NCBI GenBank assembly: GCA_964247055.1
Contig: OZ176050.1
Location: 62,001-126,000, forward strand
Reading direction: 5' to 3'
Length of the DNA stretch: 64,000 nucleotides
Origin: Paragordius varius
Lineage: Eukaryota; Animalia; Nematomorpha
Part shown: piece by piece, positions 1-10,388 of the stretch
Numbering within the stretch: the stretch's first letter is position 1
Layout of the letters: each line of letters begins with the position of its first letter
Program-made: the position numbers and the translations under genes
The notes under the pieces: model-generated
Seen by the model: only the letters and a program-made list of their open reading frames with translations
Database searches by the model: none
What the model was told of the DNA's origin: nothing

Positions 1-86
1 CACCATAATTTTTTTTGGGTAGCCCTATGGTAATTCCATCATCACCCCAAATATTTTGGGGATCGGACTATAAATGTAATTATATG

Positions 87-110
87 AATTTTTTAAATAT
101 TTAAAAAATT
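87..110. other. Perfect 24-bp palindrome AATTTTTTAAATATTTAAAAAATT, present in most monomers (first copy given)
   Basis: Checked base by base as self-reverse-complementary around the central TA. Confidence 0.95.
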
Positions 111-311
111 TATTTTATACGATTTTAAAAATAAAAATGGCTACCTAAAATCCAAATTTGATCAGGTGATGTCACTATAATTTTTTTTGAGTAGCTCTAT
201 GGTAGTTCCATCATCACCCCAAATATTTTCGAGATCGGAGTATAAATGTAATTTTTATGAATTTTTTAAATATTTAAAAAATTTATTTTATACGATTTTA
301 AAAATAAAAAT

Positions 312-369
312 GGCTACCTAAAATCCAAATTTGATCAGGTGATGTCACTATAATTTTTTTTGGGTAGCC
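312..369. other. Inverted repeat GGCTACCTAAAA (312-323) / TTTTGGGTAGCC (358-369), 11/12 match, 34-bp spacer; repeated in each monomer
   Basis: The reverse complement of GGCTACCTAAAA is TTTTAGGTAGCC, one mismatch from the right arm. Confidence 0.9.
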
Positions 370-518
370 CTATGGTAGTTCCATCATCACCCCAAATATT
401 GTCGAGATCGGAGTATAAATGTAATTTTTATGAATTTTTTAAATATTTAAAAAATTTATTTTATACGATTTTAAAAATAAAAATGGCTACCTAAAATCCA
501 AATTTGATCAGGTGATGT
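346..518 (+). repeat. Representative 173-bp monomer (CACTATAA-T8-GGGTAGCCCTATGGTAGTTCCATCATCACCCCAAATATTGTCGAGATCGGAGTATAAATGTAATTTTTATGAATTTTTTAAATATTTAAAAAATTTATTTTATACGATTTTAAAAATAAAAATGGCTACCTAAAATCCAAATTTGATCAGGTGATGT)
   Basis: Read directly. About 44 G/C in 173 nt (about 25% GC). One TGATCA (BclI) and two GATC sites per monomer. A roughly 70-bp segment holds only 4 G/C. Confidence 0.97.
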
Positions 519-2078
519 CACTATAATTTTTTTTGGGTAGCCCTATGGTAGTTCCATCATCACCCCAAATATTTTCGAGATCGGAGTATAAATGTAATTT
601 TTATGAATTTTTTAAATATTTAAAAAATTTATTTTATACGATTTTAAAAATAAAAATGGCTACCTAAAATCCAAATTTGATCAGGTGATGTCACTATAAA
701 TTTTTTTGGGTAGCCCTATGGTAGTTCCATCATCACCCCAAATATTTTCGAGATCGGAGTATAAATGTAATTTTTATGAATTTTTTAAATATTTAAAAAA
801 TTTATTTTATACGATTTTAAAAATAAAAATGGCTACCTAAAATCCAAATTTGATCAGGTGATGTCACCATAATTTTTTTTGCGTAGCCCTATGGTTGTTC
901 CATCATCACCCCAAATATTTTGGGGATCGGACTATAAATGTAATTTTTATGAATTTTTTAAATATTTAAAAAATTTATTTTATACGATTTTAAAAATAAA
1001 AATGGATACCTAAAATCCAAATTTGATCAGGTGATGTCACTATAATTTTTTTTGGGTAGCCCTATGGTAATTCCATCATCACCCCAAATATTTTGGGGAT
1101 CGGACTATAAATGTAATTTTTATGAATTTTTTAAATATTTAAAAAATTTATTTTATACGATTTTAAAAATAAAAATGGATACCTAAAATCCAAATTTGAT
1201 CAGGTGATGTCACTATAATTTTTTTTGGGTAGCCCTATGGTAATTCCATCATCACCCCAAATATTTTGGGGATCGGACTATAAATGTAATTTTTATGAAT
1301 TTTTTAAATATTTAAAAAATTTATTTTATACGATTTTAAAAATAAAAATGGCTACCTAAAATCCAAATTTGATCAGGTGATGTCACTATAATTTTTTTTG
1401 AGTAGCTCTATGGTAGTTCCATCATCACCCCAAATATTTTCGAGATCGGAGTATAAATGTAGTTTTTATGAATTTTTTAAATATTTAAAAAATTTATTTT
1501 ATACGATTTTAAAAATAAAAATGGCTACCTAAAATCCAAATTTGATCAGGTGATGTCACCATAATTTTTTTTGCGTAGCCCTATGGTTGTTCCATCATCA
1601 CCCCAAATATTTTGGGGATCGGAGGACTATAAATGTAATTTTTATGAATTTTTTAAATATTTAAAAAATTTATTTTATACGATTTTAAAAATAAAAATGG
1701 CTACCTAAAATCCAAATTTGATCAGGTGATGTCACTATAATTTTTTTTGGGTAGCCCTATGGTAGTTCCATCATCACCCCAAATATTGTCGAGATCGGAG
1801 TATAAATGTAATTTTTATGAATTTTTTAAATATTTAAAAAATTTATTTTATACGATTTTAAAAATAAAAATGGCTACCTAAAATCCAAATTTGATCAGGT
1901 GATGTCACTATAAATTTTTTTGGGTAGCCCTATGGTAGTTCCATCATCACCCCAAATATTTTCGAGATCGGAGTATAAATGTAATTTTTATGAATTTTTT
2001 AAATATTTAAAAAATTTATTTTATACGATTTTAAAAATAAAAATGGCTACCTAAAATCCAAATTTGATCAGGTGATGT

Positions 2079-5019
2079 CGCCATAATTTTTTTTGGGTAG
2101 CCCTATGGTAGTTCCATCATCACCCCAAATATTGTCGAGATCGGAGTATAAATGTAATTTTTATGAATTTTTTAAATATTTAAAAAATTTATTTTATACG
2201 ATTTTAAAAATAAAAATGGCTACCTAAAATCCAAATTTGATCAGGTGATGTCACCATAATTTTTTTTGCGTAGCCCTATGGTTGTTCCATCATCACCCCA
2301 AATATTTTGGGGATCGGACTATAAATGTAATTTTTATGAATTTTTTAAATATTTAAAAAATTTATTTTATACGATTTTAAAAATAAAAATGGCTACCTAA
2401 AATCCAAATTTGATCAGGTGATGTCACTATAATTTTTTTTGGGTAGCCCTATGGTAGTTCCATCATCACCCCAAATATTGTCGAGATCGGAGTATAAATG
2501 TAATTTTTATGAATTTTTTAAATATTTAAAAAATTTATTTTATACGATTTTAAAAATAAAAATGGCTACCTAAAATCCAAATTTGATCAGGTGATGTCAC
2601 TATAATTTTTTTTGAGTAGCTCTATGGTAGTTCCATCATCACCCCAAATATTTTGGGGATCGGACTATAAATGTAATTTTTATGAATTTTTTAAATATTT
2701 AAAAAATTTATTTTATACGATTTTAAAAATAAAAATGGCTACCTAAAATCCAAATTTGATCAGGTGATGTCACTATAATTTTTTTTGGGTAGCCCTATGG
2801 TAGTTCCATCATCACCCCAAATATTGTCGAGATCGGAGTATAAATGTAATTTTTATGAATTTTTTAAATATTTAAAAAATTTATTTTATACGATTTTAAA
2901 AATAAAAATGGCTACCTAAAATCCAAATTTGATCAGGTGATGTCACTATAAATTTTTTTGGGTAGCCCTATGGTAGTTCCATCATCACCCCAAATATTTT
3001 CGAGATCGGAGTATAAATGTAATTTTTATGAATTTTTTAAATATTTAAAAAATTTATTTTATACGATTTTAAAAATAAAAATGGCTACCTAAAATCCAAA
3101 TTTGATCAGGTGATGTCACCATAATTTTTTTTGGGTAGCCCTATGGTAGTTCCATCATCACCCCAAATATTTTCGAGATCGGAGTATAAATGTAGTTTTT
3201 ATGAATTTTTTAAATATTTAAAAAATTTATTTTATACGATTTTAAAAATAAAAATGGATACCTAAAATCCAAATTTGATCAGGTGATGTCACTATAATTT
3301 TTTTTGGGTAGCCCTATGGTAGTTCCATCATCACCCCAAATATTGTCGAGATCGGAGTATAAATGTAATTTTTATGAATTTTTTAAATATTTAAAAAATT
3401 TATTTTATACGATTTTAAAAATAAAAATGGCTACCTAAAATCCAAATTTGATCAGGTGATGTCACTATAAATTTTTTTGGGTAGCCCTATGGTAGTTCCA
3501 TCATCACCCCAAATATTTTGGGGATCGGACTATAAATGTAATTTTTATGAATTTTTTAAATATTTAAAAAATTTATTTTATACGATTTTAAAAATAAAAA
3601 TGGCTACCTAAAATCCAAATTTGATCAGGTGATGTCGCCATAATTTTTTTTGGGTAGCCCTATGGTAGTTCCATCATCACCCCAAATATTGTCGAGATCG
3701 GAGTATAAATGTAATTTTTATGAATTTTTTAAATATTTAAAAAATTTATTTTATACGATTTTAAAAATAAAAATGGCTACCTAAAATCCAAATTTGATCA
3801 GGTGATGTCACCATAATTTTTTTTGCGTAGCCCTATGGTTGTTCCATCATCACCCCAAATATTTTGGGGATCGGACTATAAATGTAATTTTTATGAATTT
3901 TTTAAATATTTAAAAAATTTATTTTATACGATTTTAAAAATAAAAATGGCTACCTAAAATCCAAATTTGATCAGGTGATGTCACTATAATTTTTTTTGGG
4001 TAGCCCTATGGTAGTTCCATCATCACCCCAAATATTGTCGAGATCGGAGTATAAATGTAATTTTTATGAATTTTTTAAATATTTAAAAAATTTATTTTAT
4101 ACGATTTTAAAAATAAAAATGGCTACCTAAAATCCAAATTTGATCAGGTGATGTCACTATAATTTTTTTTGAGTAGCTCTATGGTAGTTCCATCATCACC
4201 CCAAATATTTTGGGGATCGGACTATAAATGTAATTTTTATGAATTTTTTAAATATTTAAAAAATTTATTTTATACGATTTTAAAAATAAAAATGGCTACC
4301 TAAAATCCAAATTTGATCAGGTGATGTCACTATAATTTTTTTTGGGTAGCCCTATGGTAGTTCCATCATCACCCCAAATATTGTCGAGATCGGAGTATAA
4401 ATGTAATTTTTATGAATTTTTTAAATATTTAAAAAATTTATTTTATACGATTTTAAAAATAAAAATGGCTACCTAAAATCCAAATTTGATCAGGTGATGT
4501 CACTATAAATTTTTTTGGGTAGCCCTATGGTAGTTCCATCATCACCCCAAATATTTTCGAGATCGGAGTATAAATGTAATTTTTATGAATTTTTTAAATA
4601 TTTAAAAAATTTATTTTATACGATTTTAAAAATAAAAATGGCTACCTAAAATCCAAATTTGATCAGGTGATGTCACCATAATTTTTTTTGGGTAGCCCTA
4701 TGGTAGTTCCATCATCACCCCAAATATTTTCGAGATCGGAGTATAAATGTAGTTTTTATGAATTTTTTAAATATTTAAAAAATTTATTTTATACGATTTT
4801 AAAAATAAAAATGGATACCTAAAATCCAAATTTGATCAGGTGATGTCACTATAATTTTTTTTGGGTAGCCCTATGGTAGTTCCATCATCACCCCAAATAT
4901 TGTCGAGATCGGAGTATAAATGTAATTTTTATGAATTTTTTAAATATTTAAAAAATTTATTTTATACGATTTTAAAAATAAAAATGGCTACCTAAAATCC
5001 AAATTTGATCAGGTGATGT
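2079..5019 (+). repeat. Higher-order duplication, 9-monomer period (1557 bp): 2079-3462 vs 3636-5019
   Basis: Same order of 8 variant monomers in both copies, including the GAGTAGCTCT+GGGG monomer at 2598 and 4155 and the AGTTTT/GGATACC monomer at 3117 and 4674. Confidence 0.85.
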
Positions 5020-5365
5020 CACTATAAATTTTTTTGGGTAGCCCTATGGTAGTTCCATCATCACCCCAAATATTTTCGAGATCGGAGTATAAATGTAATT
5101 TTTATGAATTTTTTAAATATTTAAAAAATTTATTTTATACGATTTTAAAAATAAAAATGGCTACCTAAAATCCAAATTTGATCAGGTGATGTCGCCATAA
5201 TTTTTTTTGGGTAGCCCTATGGTAGTTCCATCATCACCCCAAATATTGTCGAGATCGGAGTATAAATGTAATTTTTATGAATTTTTTAAATATTTAAAAA
5301 ATTTATTTTATACGATTTTAAAAATAAAAATGGCTACCTAAAATCCAAATTTGATCAGGTGATGT

Positions 5366-7268
5366 CACTATAAATTTTTTTGGGTAGCCCTATGGTAGTT
5401 CCATCATCACCCCAAATATTTTCGAGATCGGAGTATAAATGTAATTTTTATGAATTTTTTAAATATTTAAAAAATTTATTTTATACGATTTTAAAAATAA
5501 AAATGGCTACCTAAAATCCAAATTTGATCAGGTGATGTCACTATAAATTTTTTTGGGTAGCCCTATGGTAGTTCCATCATCACCCCAAATATTTTCGAGA
5601 TCGGAGTATAAATGTAATTTTTATGAATTTTTTAAATATTTAAAAAATTTATTTTATACGATTTTAAAAATAAAAATGGCTACCTAAAATCCAAATTTGA
5701 TCAGGTGATGTCACCATAATTTTTTTTGGGTAGCCCTATGGTAGTTCCATCATCACCCCAAATATTTTCGAGATCGGAGTATAAATGTAGTTTTTATGAA
5801 TTTTTTAAATATTTAAAAAATTTATTTTATACGATTTTAAAAATAAAAATGGATACCTAAAATCCAAATTTGATCAGGTGATGTCACTATAATTTTTTTT
5901 GGGTAGCCCTATGGTAGTTCCATCATCACCCCAAATATTGTCGAGATCGGAGTATAAATGTAATTTTTATGAATTTTTTAAATATTTAAAAAATTTATTT
6001 TATACGATTTTAAAAATAAAAATGGCTACCTAAAATCCAAATTTGATCAGGTGATGTCACTATAAATTTTTTTGGGTAGCCCTATGGTAGTTCCATCATC
6101 ACCCCAAATATTTTCGAGATCGGAGTATAAATGTAATTTTTATGAATTTTTTAAATATTTAAAAAATTTATTTTATACGATTTTAAAAATAAAAATGGCT
6201 ACCTAAAATCCAAATTTGATCAGGTGATGTCACCATAATTTTTTTTGGGTAGCCCTATGGTAGTTCCATCATCACCCCAAATATTTTGGGGATCGGACTA
6301 TAAATGTAACTTTTATGAATTTTTTAAATATTTAAAAAATTTATTTTATACGATTTTAAAAATAAAAATGGCTACCTAAAATCCAAATTTGATCAGGTGA
6401 TGTCACTATAAATTTTTTTGGGTAGCCCTATGGTAGTTCCATCATCACCCCAAATATTTTCGAGATCGGAGTATAAATGTAATTTTTATGAATTTTTTAA
6501 ATATTTAAAAAATTTATTTTATACGATTTTAAAAATAAAAATGGCTACCTAAAATCCAAATTTGATCAGGTGATGTCACTATAAATTTTTTTGGGTAGCC
6601 CTATGGTAGTTCCATCATCACCCCAAATATTTTCGAGATCGGAGTATAAATGTAATTTTTATGAATTTTTTAAATATTTAAAAAATTTATTTTATACGAT
6701 TTTAAAAATAAAAATGGCTACCTAAAATCCAAATTTGATCAGGTGATGTCACCATAATTTTTTTTGGGTAGCCCTATGGTAGTTCCATCATCACCCCAAA
6801 TATTTTCGAGATCGGAGTATAAATGTAGTTTTTATGAATTTTTTAAATATTTAAAAAATTTATTTTATACGATTTTAAAAATAAAAATGGATACCTAAAA
6901 TCCAAATTTGATCAGGTGATGTCACTATAATTTTTTTTGGGTAGCCCTATGGTAGTTCCATCATCACCCCAAATATTGTCGAGATCGGAGTATAAATGTA
7001 ATTTTTATGAATTTTTTAAATATTTAAAAAATTTATTTTATACGATTTTAAAAATAAAAATGGCTACCTAAAATCCAAATTTGATCAGGTGATGTCACTA
7101 TAAATTTTTTTGGGTAGCCCTATGGTAGTTCCATCATCACCCCAAATATTTTCGAGATCGGAGTATAAATGTAATTTTTATGAATTTTTTAAATATTTAA
7201 AAAATTTATTTTATACGATTTTAAAAATAAAAATGGCTACCTAAAATCCAAATTTGATCAGGTGATGT
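5366..7268 (+). repeat. Higher-order duplication, 6-monomer period (1038 bp): 5366-6230 vs 6404-7268
   Basis: Order ATAAA, ATAAA, AGTTTT/GGATA, GTCGAG, ATAAA is repeated. The copies are separated by a monomer with the private GTAACTTT variant (about 6310). Confidence 0.75.
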
Positions 7269-8482
7269 CACCATAATTTTTTTTGCGTAGCCCTATGGTT
7301 GTTCCATCATCACCCCAAATATTTTGGGGATCGGACTATAAATGTAATTTTTATGAATTTTTTAAATATTTAAAAAATTTATTTTATACGATTTTAAAAA
7401 TAAAAATGGATACCTAAAATCCAAATTTGATCAGGTGATGTCACTATAATTTTTTTTGGGTAGCCCTATGGTAATTCCATCATCACCCCAAATATTTTGG
7501 GGATCGGACTATAAATGTAATTTTTATGAATTTTTTAAATATTTAAAAAATTTATTTTATACGATTTTAAAAATAAAAATGGCTACCTAAAATCCAAATT
7601 TGATCAGGTGATGTCACTATAATTTTTTTTGGGTAGCCCTATGGTAGTTCCATCATCACCCCAAATATTGTCGAGATCGGAGTATAAATGTAATTTTTAT
7701 GAATTTTTTAAATATTTAAAAAATTTATTTTATACGATTTTAAAAATAAAAATGGCTACCTAAAATCCAAATTTGATCAGGTGATGTCACTATAATTTTT
7801 TTTGAGTAGCTCTATGGTAGTTCCATCATCACCCCAAATATTTTCGAGATCGGAGTATAAATGTAGTTTTTATGAATTTTTTAAATATTTAAAAAATTTA
7901 TTTTATACGATTTTAAAAATAAAAATGGCTACCTAAAATCCAAATTTGATCAGGTGATGTCACCATAATTTTTTTTGCGTAGCCCTATGGTTGTTCCATC
8001 ATCACCCCAAATATTTTGGGGATCGGAGGACTATAAATGTAATTTTTATGAATTTTTTAAATATTTAAAAAATTTATTTTATACGATTTTAAAAATAAAA
8101 ATGGCTACCTAAAATCCAAATTTGATCAGGTGATGTCACTATAATTTTTTTTGGGTAGCCCTATGGTAGTTCCATCATCACCCCAAATATTGTCGAGATC
8201 GGAGTATAAATGTAATTTTTATGAATTTTTTAAATATTTAAAAAATTTATTTTATACGATTTTAAAAATAAAAATGGCTACCTAAAATCCAAATTTGATC
8301 AGGTGATGTCACTATAAATTTTTTTGGGTAGCCCTATGGTAGTTCCATCATCACCCCAAATATTTTCGAGATCGGAGTATAAATGTAATTTTTATGAATT
8401 TTTTAAATATTTAAAAAATTTATTTTATACGATTTTAAAAATAAAAATGGCTACCTAAAATCCAAATTTGATCAGGTGATGT

Positions 8483-10388
8483 CACTATAAATTTTTTTGG
8501 GTAGCCCTATGGTAGTTCCATCATCACCCCAAATATTTTCGAGATCGGAGTATAAATGTAATTTTTATGAATTTTTTAAATATTTAAAAAATTTATTTTA
8601 TACGATTTTAAAAATAAAAATGGCTACCTAAAATCCAAATTTGATCAGGTGATGTCACCATAATTTTTTTTGCGTAGCCCTATGGTTGTTCCATCATCAC
8701 CCCAAATATTTTGGGGATCGGACTATAAATGTAATTTTTATGAATTTTTTAAATATTTAAAAAATTTATTTTATACGATTTTAAAAATAAAAATGGATAC
8801 CTAAAATCCAAATTTGATCAGGTGATGTCACTATAATTTTTTTTGGGTAGCCCTATGGTAATTCCATCATCACCCCAAATATTTTGGGGATCGGACTATA
8901 AATGTAATTTTTATGAATTTTTTAAATATTTAAAAAATTTATTTTATACGATTTTAAAAATAAAAATGGATACCTAAAATCCAAATTTGATCAGGTGATG
9001 TCACTATAATTTTTTTTGGGTAGCCCTATGGTAATTCCATCATCACCCCAAATATTTTGGGGATCGGACTATAAATGTAATTTTTATGAATTTTTTAAAT
9101 ATTTAAAAAATTTATTTTATACGATTTTAAAAATAAAAATGGCTACCTAAAATCCAAATTTGATCAGGTGATGTCACTATAATTTTTTTTGAGTAGCTCT
9201 ATGGTAGTTCCATCATCACCCCAAATATTTTCGAGATCGGAGTATAAATGTAGTTTTTATGAATTTTTTAAATATTTAAAAAATTTATTTTATACGATTT
9301 TAAAAATAAAAATGGCTACCTAAAATCCAAATTTGATCAGGTGATGTCACCATAATTTTTTTTGCGTAGCCCTATGGTTGTTCCATCATCACCCCAAATA
9401 TTTTGGGGATCGGAGGACTATAAATGTAATTTTTATGAATTTTTTAAATATTTAAAAAATTTATTTTATACGATTTTAAAAATAAAAATGGCTACCTAAA
9501 ATCCAAATTTGATCAGGTGATGTCACTATAATTTTTTTTGGGTAGCCCTATGGTAGTTCCATCATCACCCCAAATATTGTCGAGATCGGAGTATAAATGT
9601 AATTTTTATGAATTTTTTAAATATTTAAAAAATTTATTTTATACGATTTTAAAAATAAAAATGGCTACCTAAAATCCAAATTTGATCAGGTGATGTCACT
9701 ATAAATTTTTTTGGGTAGCCCTATGGTAGTTCCATCATCACCCCAAATATTTTCGAGATCGGAGTATAAATGTAATTTTTATGAATTTTTTAAATATTTA
9801 AAAAATTTATTTTATACGATTTTAAAAATAAAAATGGCTACCTAAAATCCAAATTTGATCAGGTGATGTCGCCATAATTTTTTTTGGGTAGCCCTATGGT
9901 AGTTCCATCATCACCCCAAATATTGTCGAGATCGGAGTATAAATGTAATTTTTATGAATTTTTTAAATATTTAAAAAATTTATTTTATACGATTTTAAAA
10001 ATAAAAATGGCTACCTAAAATCCAAATTTGATCAGGTGATGTCACCATAATTTTTTTTGCGTAGCCCTATGGTTGTTCCATCATCACCCCAAATATTTTG
10101 GGGATCGGACTATAAATGTAATTTTTATGAATTTTTTAAATATTTAAAAAATTTATTTTATACGATTTTAAAAATAAAAATGGCTACCTAAAATCCAAAT
10201 TTGATCAGGTGATGTCACTATAATTTTTTTTGGGTAGCCCTATGGTAGTTCCATCATCACCCCAAATATTGTCGAGATCGGAGTATAAATGTAATTTTTA
10301 TGAATTTTTTAAATATTTAAAAAATTTATTTTATACGATTTTAAAAATAAAAATGGCTACCTAAAATCCAAATTTGATCAGGTGATGT
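8483..10388 (+). repeat. 11-monomer block duplicating 692-2597 (offset 7791 bp, 45 monomers)
   Basis: Identical variant order, including the two GGTAATTCC monomers, the GAGTAGCTCT monomer and the +3 GGAGGAC insertion (1621 vs 9412). Confidence 0.85.

Noticed and set aside
414-483. TATAAA (TATA-like) and AATAAA (polyA-like, both strands) motifs in each monomer
   Set aside because: These are low-information motifs expected in a roughly 94% AT segment, with no supporting gene context.
372-494. Calling the per-monomer 40-codon ORF a real CDS under purifying selection
   Set aside because: The rough synonymous to nonsynonymous tally is near neutral, stops and frameshifts occur, no homology is recognised, and the 173-bp period prevents read-through between monomers. 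Kept only as a low-interest finding.
574-586. CENP-B box-like motif TTCGAGATCGGAG
   Set aside because: The CENP-B box needs TTCG and CGGG separated by 8 nt. Here TTCG and CGGA are 4 nt apart.
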